Shown one piece after another: positions 50,561 through 60,995 of a stretch of 64,000 nucleotides of DNA (the stretch's first letter is position 1; every line of letters starts with the position of its first letter). The notes beneath the pieces were generated by a model. The model saw only the letters and a list, made by a program, of their open reading frames with translations. It was not told where the DNA came from and made no database searches. The translations under genes were made by a program, and so were the position numbers. The stretch covers positions 832,001 to 896,000 of the forward strand of contig CBDEFM010000002.1 of the NCBI GenBank assembly GCA_965237415.1, in the 5' to 3' direction. This DNA is from Alphaproteobacteria bacterium (GTDB taxonomy: Bacteria > Pseudomonadota > Alphaproteobacteria > UBA828).

Positions 50561-52684
50561 ATGAGCACCTATCTCTGCGGCATCGACATCGGCGGCACCT
50601 TCACCGACTGCGTGGTGGTGGATGAAGCAGGCCGCGTCACCACAGGCAAGGCGCCCTCCACGCCGGCCGATTTCGGCGAGGGGCTGATCGCCGCCCTCGA
50701 CATCGTCGCCGGCAAGCTCGATATGCGGCTGGATACGCTCTGCAGCGAGCTTGCGGTGCTGGCCCACGGGACCACGGTCGGCACCAACGCGATCATCCAG
50801 AAGAAGGGCGTCAAGGTCGGCCTCATCACCACCAAGGGCCACAACGATGTCATCCACATCATGCGGGGCTCGCGCGGGCTCACCGGCCGCGACATCCGCC
50901 TCGTCGTTCACTTTCCGGAGAGCAGCAAGCCCGACCCCATCGTGCCCAAGTATCTGATCGAAGGGGTGTCGGAGAGAGTCGATTGCTTCGGCAAGGTCGT
51001 CGTCGAGCTGAACGAGGAGGAGGCGGAGCGAGCGATCCGCCGGCTCGTCGCGGACGGCGTTGAGGCGCTGGCAATCTGCTTCCTCTGGTCCTTTCTTGCG
51101 CCAGAGCACGAGCAGCGGGTCAAGGCGATGGTCGAGCGTATCGCGCCCGGCCTGTTCGTCACCTGCTCGTCGGAATTGGTCCCCAAGTGGGGCGAGTACG
51201 AACGCACCGCAGCGGTCGCGCTGAACGCCTATATCGGCCCTCTGGTCACCGGCTATCTCGCCCGGATGGACCGGCGGACGACCGATCTCGGCTACGACCA
51301 TCCCCTGCAGATCACGCAGTGCGCGGGCGGCACGATCCCCGTCGCCAAGGCGATGGCCTCGCCGCTGCTGACCCTCGATTCCGGTCCGGTCGCCGGCGTC
51401 ACCGGCTCGCGCTACGCCGGCGGCATCATGGGCTACGACAACGTCATCACCACCGACATGGGCGGCACCTCCTTCGATGTCGGCATCATCCACGACGGCG
51501 AGCCGGCGTTCTCGTACCGGAGCCTGGTGCACCAGTACGAGTATTACCTCTCCAAGGTGGACATCCAGGTGATTGGCGCGGGCGGCGGCAGCATGGCCCG
51601 GATCGACGAAGCCACGGGCGTCTTCCGTGTAGGGCCGGAGAGCGCCGGCGCCGACCCCGGCCCGGTCTGCTACGGGCGGGGCGGCACCGTGCCGACGGTG
51701 ACCGACGCCGACCTCGTGCTCGGCTACCTCGATCCCGACAACTTCGCGGGCGGCGCGATTGCCCTCGACCGCGAGGCCGCGGCGCAGGCGCTCAAGCCGA
51801 TGGGCGAGCGACTGGGGTTCGGGCTCGACGAGACGGCGAGCGGCATCGCCCGTATCGTCGAGTTCCAGATGGCCGACCTGATCCGCAAGGTGACGATCCA
51901 GAAAGGCCACGATCCACGCGATTTCGTGATCTTCGCCTTCGGCGGCGCAGGCCCGACCCATGCCGGCGTGTTCGCACAGGAGCTCGGGGTGTCGAAGGTG
52001 ATCGTGCCGCAGCGGGAGACTGCCTCGGTCTGGTGCGCATTCGGGGCGGCGGCGGCGGACCTTCTGCACGTGCACGAGCGGGTGAACATCATGCGCTCGC
52101 CCTTCGATGCCGGGACCATCAACGCGATGCTGGCCGAGCTGAAGGCGCGCGGCGCCGCCGATCTCGCGGCGGACGATGTCGCCCCGGCGGATCGCCAATA
52201 CCGCTTCACCCTCGACATGCGGCACAAGGGCCAGATCAACGAGGTAGAGGTCGATCTGGAGGGCGAGGCCGTTGCCGCCGACCAGGTCGACGCGCTACAT
52301 GAGGAGTTCCGCCGCCGCTACGAGGCGCTCTACGGGCGGGGAGCAGCGTTGCCGAACGCGCAGCTGGAGGTCGTGACCTTCCGCTGCCGTGCGTCCGGCG
52401 TCACGCGCAAGCCCCGCCTGACTGTGGCCGACGCCCTGCAGCCGGACCCTGCGCCCGAGGCTCGCCGTCCGTCCCGCTCGGTCTACTGGGCGGAGTGGAA
52501 ACGCCGCACTGAGACGCCCATCTACGATGGCGCCCGCCTCGTACCCGGCAACCGGATCGAGGGGCCGGCGGTGATCGACACCGAGGTCACCACGGTGGTG
52601 GTCCATCCCGGGCAGACGTTGGCCGTCGACGTGTACGGCAATTTCGAGATCACCCTGGCCTCCACCGCGAACGATGCGGGATGA
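50561..52684 (+). CDS. Hydantoinase/oxoprolinase subunit A
   Basis: GIDIGGTFTD, HGTTVGTNA, SGPVAG, DMGGTSFD, GPESAGADPGPVCYGRGG, FGGAGPTH. Confidence 0.93.
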   Translation: MSTYLCGIDIGGTFTDCVVVDEAGRVTTGKAPSTPADFGEGLIAALDIVAGKLDMRLDTLCSELAVLAHGTTVGTNAIIQKKGVKVGLITTKGHNDVIHIMRGSRGLTGRDIRLVVHFPESSKPDPIVPKYLIEGVSERVDCFGKVVVELNEEEAERAIRRLVADGVEALAICFLWSFLAPEHEQRVKAMVERIAPGLFVTCSSELVPKWGEYERTAAVALNAYIGPLVTGYLARMDRRTTDLGYDHPLQITQCAGGTIPVAKAMASPLLTLDSGPVAGVTGSRYAGGIMGYDNVITTDMGGTSFDVGIIHDGEPAFSYRSLVHQYEYYLSKVDIQVIGAGGGSMARIDEATGVFRVGPESAGADPGPVCYGRGGTVPTVTDADLVLGYLDPDNFAGGAIALDREAAAQALKPMGERLGFGLDETASGIARIVEFQMADLIRKVTIQKGHDPRDFVIFAFGGAGPTHAGVFAQELGVSKVIVPQRETASVWCAFGAAAADLLHVHERVNIMRSPFDAGTINAMLAELKARGAADLAADDVAPADRQYRFTLDMRHKGQINEVEVDLEGEAVAADQVDALHEEFRRRYEALYGRGAALPNAQLEVVTFRCRASGVTRKPRLTVADALQPDPAPEARRPSRSVYWAEWKRRTETPIYDGARLVPGNRIEGPAVIDTEVTTVVVHPGQTLAVDVYGNFEITLASTANDAG

Positions 52685-52715
52685 TGCGAGAGCGGAGACG
52701 GACGGGAGACGCGCC

Positions 52716-53009
52716 ATGGATCTGACAGCCTTCGAACACTCGCTCGAGGACACTGCGCCGCCGGAGGGGCTGAGCAAGCCGCTCCAGGCGCTGTGGCAGG
52801 AGGCGAAAGGCGCGTGGGACGAAGCCCATACGCTCGCCCAAGTGGACAAGGGGCCGGCGGGCGCCTGGGTCCACGCCTATCTCCACCGGGTCGAAGGCAA
52901 CCTCCGCAACGCGGGCTATTGGTACCGGCGCGCAGGCCGTCCGGCGTCCGAGGAAGCCCTGCGCGACGAGTGGCGCGCGATCGCGACGGCGTTGCTTGCC
53001 GAGAATTAG
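52716..53009 (+). CDS. Conserved-looking hypothetical protein
   Basis: WDEAH..WVHAYLHRVEG..NAGYWYRRAG; GGGAG RBS. Confidence 0.8.
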   Translation: MDLTAFEHSLEDTAPPEGLSKPLQALWQEAKGAWDEAHTLAQVDKGPAGAWVHAYLHRVEGNLRNAGYWYRRAGRPASEEALRDEWRAIATALLAEN

Positions 53010-53038
53010 GCACATTGGGATCGCGCACGGGGGTTCCG

Positions 53039-53067
53039 TTGACGGGGCGCCGAGGGCTCCCTACATT
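53039..53067 (+). promoter_or_regulatory. Sigma70-like promoter of trxA
   Basis: TTGACG-N17-TACATT upstream of a GGAGGAG RBS. Confidence 0.6.
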
Positions 53068-53096
53068 CCAACCATTGCCGCCCCGGAGGAGTATCC

Positions 53097-53417
53097 ATGA
53101 GCGTGACCCACGTCACCGACGCCGAGTTCGAAGAGAAGGTCCTCAATGCCGAAGGCCCCGTGCTGGTAGACTTCTGGGCCGACTGGTGCGGCCCGTGCAA
53201 GGCGATCGCGCCTGCCCTGGAGGAGATCGCCGGCGAGATGAGCGACTCGCTCTCGGTGGCCAAGCTGGACGTGGATTCGAACCCCTCGACCCCTGCGAAG
53301 TACGGCATCCGGGGCATTCCGACGCTGATCCTCTTCAAGGGCGGCGAGGTCGCCGACACCAAGGTGGGCGCCCTGCCCAAGGCCAAGCTATCCGAGTGGC
53401 TGCGCGGCGCGGTCTGA
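53097..53417 (+). CDS. trxA: Thioredoxin
   Basis: [20 protein letters not shown]. Confidence 0.97.
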   Translation: MSVTHVTDAEFEEKVLNAEGPVLVDFWADWCGPCKAIAPALEEIAGEMSDSLSVAKLDVDSNPSTPAKYGIRGIPTLILFKGGEVADTKVGALPKAKLSEWLRGAV

Positions 53418-53501
53418 GACCCGGAAAAACATGAAATTACAAAACGAAGCCAATTTCACGTAACCTATTGTTTTTCAACATAAATTAGAGAGACACTCGG
53501 A

Positions 53502-54824
53502 CTAGGCGGCGGGCACCCCCGCGGCGGCGAGCACGTCGCCGACAAGATAAAGTGAACCGCACAGCAGGATGCGGCCAGGTTGTGCCGCACCTGAGGAGAG
53601 CCGCGTAACGGCCTCGCCGACGTCAGCGTCCGTTTCACAGGAGATGCCAAGGGCGCTCGCAGCCGCCTGGATGTCCTCGGGCGTCGCGCTCGCGACCTGA
53701 CCGGGAATCGGAACCGCCGCCACCCGCCGCGCGAAGGGTGCGAGAGGCCGCAGAAAATCCTTGGGAGGCCTCGTGTTCAGCATGCCGACCACAAGATCGA
53801 GCGGCCGGTCGGCCCAGCCTTCGGCCACGCGGCCGAGCGCGAACGCTGCCGCCTCGTTGTGGCCGCCATCGACCCAAAGCTCCCAACTATCGTCCAGGCC
53901 AGGCCAGGCTATGCGCTGAAGCCGGCCCGGCCAGCGCGCCTGCACGAGTCCCTGGGCGATTGCGGCGCCTACCACATCGAAGCCGGGGAGCAGCCGGGCG
54001 CAGACTGTCGCAAGCGCCGCGTTTTCCACCTGATGCTCGCCGGCGAGGCCGGGCAGCGGGTAACGCCCTTCACCGCGGGCGTCTTGCACGACCAGGTGCG
54101 AGGCGGAGCGATCGAACGACCACTCCCGGTCCAGCCGTGCGAGCGGCGCACCCACGACGGCGGCGACACGTTCGATGACCGCACCGGCCTCCGCATGCTG
54201 GCGCCCGATCACGCCGGTCGCGCACCGCTTCAGGATTCCGGCCTTCTCGGCGGCGATGAGCTCCAACGTCTCGCCCAGATAGTGCGTATGGTCGATGGAG
54301 ACAGGGGTAATCACGGTCAGTGCGGGGCGTTCGAACACGTTGGTGGCATCGAGCCGGCCGCCGAGCCCCACCTCCAGCACCAGAACATCTGAGGGCTCGT
54401 ACCTGAAGGCGTGGAACGCCGCCGCCGTGGTGATCTCGAAGAAGGTGATCGGCGCGCCGCCATTGACCGTCTCACAATGGGCGAGGCTCGCGCGCAACGA
54501 ATCTTCCGAGATCGGGGCGCTGCTCAGCCTGATCCGCTCGGCGAAGCAAACGAGGTGCGGCGAGACATAGCTGTTCACCCGATAACCGGCCGCACGCAGC
54601 ATGGCATCGAGAAAGGCGACGACGCTGCCCTTGCCATTGGTGCCGGCGACGTGGATGACCGGCGGCATGGCGCGCTCCGGGTTGCCGAGCGCATCGAGCA
54701 GCCGGGTCATGCGGCCGAGCGAAAGATCGATGGCCTTGGGATGGAGGTCCAGCAGCCGGTCGAGAATCGCGTCGCTCTCGCGCGGCGCCGTCAGCTCGGG
54801 CCCCCCGCTCACGTTATCCGGCAA
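53502..54824 (-). CDS. folC: Folylpolyglutamate/dihydrofolate synthase
   Basis: HVAGTNGKGS, SPHL, TFFE, EVGLGGRLDATN, WPGRLQ, DGGHN, GSLYLVG. Confidence 0.96.
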   Translation of the reverse strand: MPDNVSGGPELTAPRESDAILDRLLDLHPKAIDLSLGRMTRLLDALGNPERAMPPVIHVAGTNGKGSVVAFLDAMLRAAGYRVNSYVSPHLVCFAERIRLSSAPISEDSLRASLAHCETVNGGAPITFFEITTAAAFHAFRYEPSDVLVLEVGLGGRLDATNVFERPALTVITPVSIDHTHYLGETLELIAAEKAGILKRCATGVIGRQHAEAGAVIERVAAVVGAPLARLDREWSFDRSASHLVVQDARGEGRYPLPGLAGEHQVENAALATVCARLLPGFDVVGAAIAQGLVQARWPGRLQRIAWPGLDDSWELWVDGGHNEAAAFALGRVAEGWADRPLDLVVGMLNTRPPKDFLRPLAPFARRVAAVPIPGQVASATPEDIQAAASALGISCETDADVGEAVTRLSSGAAQPGRILLCGSLYLVGDVLAAAGVPAA

Positions 54825-54851
54825 GACGAGGCGGAGGCGACAGGGCGCACT

Positions 54852-55787
54852 TCAGTCGGCGCTGGCAGTTGCAGGCTGGTCTTTGCGCTCGCCCGTGCCG
54901 GGCGCATCCCCATGCAGAGCGATCACCTCTGCCACGGGCGTCTTGTCGCGCAACAACGACAGCAGCATCGACAGTGTCTCGCGCAGCCTGCGGCGATGCA
55001 CGACCATGTCGACCATCCCGTGATCGCGCAGGTACTCAGAGCGCTGGAAGCCTTCGGGCAGCCGCTCCCGAATCGTCTCCTCGATCACGCGCGGGCCGGC
55101 AAAGCCGATGACGGCGCCGGGCTCCGCGATGGCGATATCGCCGAGCATGGCGAAGGACGCCGTCACTCCCCCCGTGGTCGGGTTGGTGAGCAAGACGACA
55201 TAGGGCACGCCCGCTTCCTTCAGCTCGTCAACCGCGATGGTGGTGCGCGCCATCTGCATCAGCGAGAGCACGCCCTCTTGCATTCGCGCGCCGCCCGACG
55301 ACGGAATGACGATCAAGGGTGCTTCCTGCAGCACGGCGAGCCGCGCGGCAGCGAACAGGCTTTCGCCCACAGCGGTGCCCATCGAGCCGCCGAGGAAGCC
55401 GAAGTTGAACGCCGCAACGACCGCCGGGGCGCCCCCGATGCTGCCGTGGGCGACCACGATCGCATCGTCATGGCCGGTGCCGTTACGCGCCTCGCGGAGC
55501 CGGTCCACATAGCGTTTGCGATCGCGAAACCGAAGGGGATCCTCGGCCACCTTCGGCAGCTCTATGGTCTTATAGTCTTCGTTGTCGAAGAGCAGCGCGA
55601 GGCGCTTGTCGGCGCTGAGCCGCATGTGATGATCGCAGCGCGGACAGACCCGGAGATTGCTCTCAAGCTCGCGGTGAAAAATCATCTGCTCGCACTGGTC
55701 GCACTTCTCCCACAGGTCGTGCGGGATGTCGGGCTTGCGAAACAGGCCGCTTACCTTGGGACGTGAGAATCGATCGAGCCAACTCAC
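54852..55787 (-). CDS. accD: Acetyl-CoA carboxylase carboxyltransferase beta
   Basis: [40 protein letters not shown]. Confidence 0.97.
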   Translation of the reverse strand: MSWLDRFSRPKVSGLFRKPDIPHDLWEKCDQCEQMIFHRELESNLRVCPRCDHHMRLSADKRLALLFDNEDYKTIELPKVAEDPLRFRDRKRYVDRLREARNGTGHDDAIVVAHGSIGGAPAVVAAFNFGFLGGSMGTAVGESLFAAARLAVLQEAPLIVIPSSGGARMQEGVLSLMQMARTTIAVDELKEAGVPYVVLLTNPTTGGVTASFAMLGDIAIAEPGAVIGFAGPRVIEETIRERLPEGFQRSEYLRDHGMVDMVVHRRRLRETLSMLLSLLRDKTPVAEVIALHGDAPGTGERKDQPATASAD

Positions 55788-56623
55788 GGTGCAGCCTCCT
55801 GTCGCGCCTCGCGCACGCCCTTGCCAAGCGCACGCACCAGCGCGAGCGCGTTATCGCGGCAGGCGGGCGTTGCCCCGCCGTCTGAGTCCAACCCCTCTTC
55901 GATCGCCGCGACGAGCGCTGAACCGACAACCGCAGCGTCCGCCACCCTCGCGACCTCTGCCGCCTGGTCGGGCGTCTTGATGCCGAAGCCCACCGCGATG
56001 GGAAGCGTGGTGTGGCGTCGCAGCCGCTCGACGGCCTTCTGCGTCGCTCCGGAGGCCGCACCAGCCGCGCCGGTAATCCCGGTGATCGAGATGTAATAGA
56101 CGAAGCCGCTGGTGTTGGTGAGAACGGCCGGCAGGCGGGCCTCATCGGTCGTCGGCGCTGTCAGTCGAACGAAGGAGAGCCCGGCGTCGAGCGCCGGTCG
56201 GCAAAGCTCGGCATCCTCTTCGGGCGGCAGATCGACCACGATCATGCCGTCAAGACCGACTTCCAGCGCGTCGGCGAGGAAGCGTTCCACGCCATAGATG
56301 TAGATCGGGTTGTAGTAGCCCATGAGGACCAGGGGCGTTTCGCCATCGCGCGCGCGGAAGCGCCGCACCAGGCCGAGCGTCTTGGTGAGCGTGATACCGG
56401 CCGCGAGCGCGCGCTGGCCCGCGCGCTGGATCACCGGCCCATCGGCCATCGGATCGGTAAAGGGCGAGCCGATCTCGATGACGTCGGCACCGGCGGCCGC
56501 GAGCCCCTCGAGGATGGCGAAGGAGGTCTCGATGTCCGGGTCGCCCATCATCGTGAAGGTGACGAGCCCAGCGCGGCCTTCCTCGGCGAGCGCCGCGAAG
56601 CGGCGGTCGATGCGCCCGCTCAC
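55784..56623 (-). CDS. trpA: Tryptophan synthase alpha
   Basis: [39 protein letters not shown]. Confidence 0.97.
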   Translation of the reverse strand: MSGRIDRRFAALAEEGRAGLVTFTMMGDPDIETSFAILEGLAAAGADVIEIGSPFTDPMADGPVIQRAGQRALAAGITLTKTLGLVRRFRARDGETPLVLMGYYNPIYIYGVERFLADALEVGLDGMIVVDLPPEEDAELCRPALDAGLSFVRLTAPTTDEARLPAVLTNTSGFVYYISITGITGAAGAASGATQKAVERLRRHTTLPIAVGFGIKTPDQAAEVARVADAAVVGSALVAAIEEGLDSDGGATPACRDNALALVRALGKGVREARQEAAP

Positions 56624-57831
56624 AGCGACGTGCCCAGCGTGTCGGCGACGGTGAAGATGTCCTTGTCGCCGCGTCCGCACATGTTCATGACGAGAATATG
56701 GTCAGTCGGCAGGCCCGGCGCCAACTCCACGACATGAGCCACCGCGTGGGCGGGCTCGAGCGCGGGAATGATCCCCTCGAGGCGCGCACACAGGTGGAAG
56801 GCATCCAGCGCCTGTTCATCGGTGATCGCCACATAGGTGACCCGGCCTGAGTCGCGCAACCAGGCATGTTCCGGTCCGATACCGGGATAGTCGAGACCGG
56901 CGGAAATCGAATGGGCCTCGATGATCTGGCCGTGCTCGTCCTGAAGCAGATAGGTGCGGTTGCCGTGCAGGACGCCTGGCCGGCCGGCGCTCAACGACGC
57001 CGCATGCTTGCCGCTCTCGATGCCGTGGCCGGCGGCCTCGACACCGACCATGCTCACACTCTCATCGTCGAGGAAGGGGTGGAACAGGCCGATCGCATTC
57101 GAGCCGCCGCCGACGCAGGCGACCAGCGTGTCCGGCAGCCGGCCCTCGGCTGCCATGATCTGCTCGCGGGTCTCGCGCCCGATCACCGACTGGAAGTCGC
57201 GCACCATGGCGGGATAAGGATGCGGGCCCGCGACGGTCCCGATCATATAGAACGTCGTCTCGACATTGGTCACCCAGTCGCGCAGCGCCTCGTTCATGGC
57301 GTCCTTCAGCGTCCGCGAACCGGAGTTTACGGGCACCACCTCGGCGCCCAACAGCTTCATGCGGAAGACGTTCGGCTGCTGGCGCGCGATATCGGTCTCG
57401 CCCATGTAGACCGTGCACGGCAGGCCGAAGAGCGCACAGACCGTCGCCGCCGCGACACCATGTTGACCGGCCCCGGTCTCGGCGATGATGCGGGTCTTGC
57501 CCATGCGGCGCGCCAGCAGGATCTGACCGATGCAGTTATTGATCTTGTGCGCCCCGGTGTGGTTGAGCTCGTCCCTCTTGAAGTAAATGCACGCGCCGCC
57601 GAGGTGGTCGCTGAGGCGCGCCGCGTGATAGAGCGGGCTGGGCCGGCCGACATAGTGAGTGAGCAAACGCTCGAACTCCTCGGCGAACTCGGGGTCGTCC
57701 TTGGCCACTTCGTAGGCCTTCTCGAGATCGAGGATCAGCGGCATCAACGTCTCGGCGACGTAGCGGCCACCGTAGATGCCGAAATGGCCGTCGGCGTCGG
57801 GGCCGGGCCGGTTGGCGCCGCGTGCGCTCAT
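56620..57831 (-). CDS. trpB: Tryptophan synthase beta
   Basis: [44 protein letters not shown]. Confidence 0.98.
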   Translation of the reverse strand: MSARGANRPGPDADGHFGIYGGRYVAETLMPLILDLEKAYEVAKDDPEFAEEFERLLTHYVGRPSPLYHAARLSDHLGGACIYFKRDELNHTGAHKINNCIGQILLARRMGKTRIIAETGAGQHGVAAATVCALFGLPCTVYMGETDIARQQPNVFRMKLLGAEVVPVNSGSRTLKDAMNEALRDWVTNVETTFYMIGTVAGPHPYPAMVRDFQSVIGRETREQIMAAEGRLPDTLVACVGGGSNAIGLFHPFLDDESVSMVGVEAAGHGIESGKHAASLSAGRPGVLHGNRTYLLQDEHGQIIEAHSISAGLDYPGIGPEHAWLRDSGRVTYVAITDEQALDAFHLCARLEGIIPALEPAHAVAHVVELAPGLPTDHILVMNMCGRGDKDIFTVADTLGTSL

Positions 57832-58502
57832 GCCGTCGCCTCACTTGGTATCGGGGCATCCGCAGCCGCCGCTGCGGCGAGGAAGGCGCTAATCTTCCCG
57901 GGGTCCTTGCGCCCCGGTGCCGATTCTATACCCGACGAGACATCGACGGCCCGGGCGCGGGTGATCCTGATCGCCTCGCCGACGTTGTCCGCGTCCAACC
58001 CGCCGGAAAGAAGCCAGCCGGTGGATGGCGGCGGCGCGGACTCGAATAGCCGCCAGTCGAGCGTCCGCGCGTTGCCGCCGGGACGGGTGTCGTCGACCGT
58101 CGCCTTGGCGTCGAACAGAATTAATTCGGCGCTCTCGCCATAGTCTTCGGCACGCTCGATGTCAGACGCCTCGGACACGCTGATCGCCTTGATGATGCGG
58201 CAGCCGGTGCGCGCGCGAATCTCTCGCGCCCGCGCCGGGCCCTCGTTTCCGTGGAGCTGGATATAGTCGAGTCGCATCTCAGAGAGAATACCGTCGAGCA
58301 ATTCGTCATCCGGATTGACGACGACGCCGACGGTAGCCGTGCCGTCGGGAAGGCCCGCACTCAGAGCCGCGGCTCGGTTTGGCGCAACGTGGCGTGGCGA
58401 GGGCAGGAAGAACACGAATCCCAAGTACCGCGCGCCGCCGGCGAGCGCCGCATCGACGGCCGGTCGATCGCTCAGTCCGCAGGTCTTAACCAAGACGGGC
58501 AT
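57828..58502 (-). CDS. trpF: Phosphoribosylanthranilate isomerase
   Basis: [38 protein letters not shown]. Confidence 0.95.
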   Translation of the reverse strand: MPVLVKTCGLSDRPAVDAALAGGARYLGFVFFLPSPRHVAPNRAAALSAGLPDGTATVGVVVNPDDELLDGILSEMRLDYIQLHGNEGPARAREIRARTGCRIIKAISVSEASDIERAEDYGESAELILFDAKATVDDTRPGGNARTLDWRLFESAPPPSTGWLLSGGLDADNVGEAIRITRARAVDVSSGIESAPGRKDPGKISAFLAAAAAADAPIPSEATA

Positions 58503-58510
58503 GGCCTAAC

Positions 58511-59224
58511 CTAACTCATCGCCGCCGCCATTTCCTCGGCGATTCGAGTTGCTGCGTCGCGCGGATCGTCCGCCTGCGTAATCGGCCGGCCGACCACCAG
58601 ATAGTCGGCGCCGCGGCGCAGCGCGTCGCCCGGCGTGATGATGTGCGTCCGGTCGTCGCTCTTGGACCAGACGGGGCGAACGCCCGACACGACCAGCATG
58701 AAATCGGAGCCGAAGCGCGCCCTCAAAACGGCGAGGTCATCGGCAGAGACCCAGGCGCCATCCACACCGCACCCGTGCGCGAGATCGGCGAGCCGGCACA
58801 CCTGATCGCTGACCGGCCCGCTCATGCCGAGCGCGCCGACATCTTCATCGTCCGCGTCGATCGGGAGCGGCACCGCGAGAATGTTAAGCCGTTCCCTGCC
58901 GCCGGCGTCGGCGGCACCTAGCGCCGCGGCCATGGCAGCCCGCATCATGCTGGCACCGCCGAGGGCGTGGACGGTCACCAGCACCGCCCCGCTCTCGCTC
59001 GCTGCGCGCACCACTTGCGCCACCTCGCGCGGAATTTCCAGCAACTTGAGGTCGAGCCAGACCGGCAGGCCGAGGCGCACGATCGTTCCGACGCTTGTCA
59101 GACCGTTCTCCATGACGAAGGCCGCGCCGAGCTTTACACCGCCGATAGCGCCATGGAGGCGTTCCACCAGGGAGCATGCGGCGTCGACGTTGCCGGTATC
59201 GATGGCGCAGAACAGGCGGTCCAT
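58511..59224 (-). CDS. pyrF: Orotidine-5'-phosphate decarboxylase homologue with degenerate active-site motifs
   Basis: Overall motifs (AID, VKLG, TVHALGG, GADYLVVGRPIT) and synteny fit, but DLKLLEIPRE replaces DLKxHDIPNT. Confidence 0.85.
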   Translation of the reverse strand: MDRLFCAIDTGNVDAACSLVERLHGAIGGVKLGAAFVMENGLTSVGTIVRLGLPVWLDLKLLEIPREVAQVVRAASESGAVLVTVHALGGASMMRAAMAAALGAADAGGRERLNILAVPLPIDADDEDVGALGMSGPVSDQVCRLADLAHGCGVDGAWVSADDLAVLRARFGSDFMLVVSGVRPVWSKSDDRTHIITPGDALRRGADYLVVGRPITQADDPRDAATRIAEEMAAAMS

Positions 59225-59236
59225 GGCGCGGCGCCG

Positions 59237-59593
59237 CTACGCGAGGTCCTTGGGCGTCAACGACACGGGCGTCACCGCGGGGATCGTCGCCCGCTGGCCG
59301 CGCACGACTTCGTCGAGCTGCTTTCGCGCCCCCGCCAGCTCCTGCTCCAGCGCACGCGTGCGTCGCCGGCCGCGGCGCGCCATGCGACGCACCTTGTGGT
59401 CGAGCAGCCAGCGCACCAGAGCGCCAGAGAGGAACCCTACTGCCAACGCCCCTACCGCCAGCGCCCAGATCGGGATATCGAGCCGGTAAGGGAATGGCGC
59501 CACGCTGACGGCGACGGGGCCCCGATTCGCCACGGCGAAGGCGATGGCGACAATCCCCAGCGCCGCCGCGATCACCCAGGCGAGAATCCTCAT
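59237..59593 (-). CDS. LapA-domain (DUF1049) membrane protein
   Basis: FAVANRGPV.V..P, two TM segments, coiled tail; follows ihfB. Confidence 0.8.
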   Translation of the reverse strand: MRILAWVIAAALGIVAIAFAVANRGPVAVSVAPFPYRLDIPIWALAVGALAVGFLSGALVRWLLDHKVRRMARRGRRRTRALEQELAGARKQLDEVVRGQRATIPAVTPVSLTPKDLA

Positions 59594-59688
59594 GAGTCGG
59601 TTCTTGTGCGCCGCGCCGCGCGGCCCGTCAACCGCGCGATCCGGCGGTCATGGCCCCGGACCGCCGCGCGCCGTTCAAGCCGCGTCGC

Positions 59689-59976
59689 TCATTCGCGGTT
59701 GATCCGCTCCCGCAGCTCCTTGCCGGTCTTGAAGAACGGCAGGAACTTCCTGTCCACCCGAACCGCAGCGCCGGTGCGCGGATTGCGGCCGACCCGTGCC
59801 GCCCGTGGGCGGACCGAGAACGCACCGAAACCGCGAAGCTCAACCCGGTCGCCCTGCGCGAGCGCATCGCTGATCTCCGTGAAGATCCGGTTCACCACGC
59901 GCTGATAGTCGCGGTGGTAAAGGTGCTGGTCGGCGTGCTTTTCCGCCAGCAGCTGAATGAGTTCGGACTTGGTCAT
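59689..59976 (-). CDS. ihfB: Integration host factor beta
   Basis: [39 protein letters not shown]. Confidence 0.96.
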   Translation of the reverse strand: MTKSELIQLLAEKHADQHLYHRDYQRVVNRIFTEISDALAQGDRVELRGFGAFSVRPRAARVGRNPRTGAAVRVDRKFLPFFKTGKELRERINRE

Positions 59977-60042
59977 GCTGGAAATTCCCCGCCGGCCAGA
60001 GGCTCTCGGCTCGCGTGTTCAATCGCCGAGAACGTCGTCATT

Positions 60043-60954
60043 TCAGTCCGATATCTCAGGGTGCCAAACGGCGATCAGACCGTCAAGGGCGAGCGTTCGC
60101 GCCGGCAGGGTGCGCTCGAGCGCCGCATCGATAACGTCAAACAAGCCGCCGTCACCGCCGCTTACCACGTCCGCGGCCGGAATTGTCTCGGGCACGCCGT
60201 GCACCTGTGCGAGCCACGCGCGCGCCTCGTCTTCGCCGCCGATGGCATCGACGAGGCCGACCTGAACCGCCTGACTGCCGGTGAACACGCGCCCGTCGGC
60301 CAGCGTCAGCGCCGTCTCGCGATCAAGAGAGCGACGCTCCATCACGAGGCGCAGGAACGAGTCGTAAATGTCCGCCACCACGTTCCGCATGGCGCGGCGG
60401 GTGGGATTGTCCAACTCCTCATAGGGCGTGGGCTTCGCCTTCAACGGCCCGCTGCGGATCGCTTCCGTCCGCACGCCGATCTCTTCCAGGAGCGCGGAGA
60501 ACTCGGCGGTCTGGAACAGGATTCCAATCGAGCCCGTCAGCGTTGCTTCGCGAGCGAGCACATGGTCTGCGGCGAGCGCTGCCATGTATGCTGCCGAGGT
60601 CGCGGTGGTGCCGAAAACGGCGACGACCGGCTTGGCCTCGGCAAGGGAACGCAGGCTGAGATAAAGGGCTTCGCCGCCAACCGCCGTGCCGCCAGCGGAA
60701 TCGAGTCGCAGCACGACCGCCTTGACCGCGTCGTCGTCGCGGAGATCGGCAATGACGCGGTCGCGGGCAGGATCGTCCTCGATCAGCCCGGTAACCCAAA
60801 GCCGGGCGACGCGCTCGCCTCCCTCGAAGGCGAAGGGCGCTGCGGCGACCAGGGCGAGAGCGACCAGCGCGACGACAGCGAGGGCGCGCCATATGGCAAT
60901 GCCCCGCTTGAGACGGCGGCGGTCGAGCAACCTGTCGGGATCCAGGCTCGCCAT
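60043..60954 (-). CDS. sppA: Signal peptide peptidase
   Basis: DSAGG, SAAYMAA, TGSIGI, SGPLKA, DGRVFTG. Confidence 0.93.
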   Translation of the reverse strand: MASLDPDRLLDRRRLKRGIAIWRALAVVALVALALVAAAPFAFEGGERVARLWVTGLIEDDPARDRVIADLRDDDAVKAVVLRLDSAGGTAVGGEALYLSLRSLAEAKPVVAVFGTTATSAAYMAALAADHVLAREATLTGSIGILFQTAEFSALLEEIGVRTEAIRSGPLKAKPTPYEELDNPTRRAMRNVVADIYDSFLRLVMERRSLDRETALTLADGRVFTGSQAVQVGLVDAIGGEDEARAWLAQVHGVPETIPAADVVSGGDGGLFDVIDAALERTLPARTLALDGLIAVWHPEISD

Positions 60955-60995
60955 CTCCCTCCTGGATCACGGCCTGATGCGTTACGGCGAGCGCC

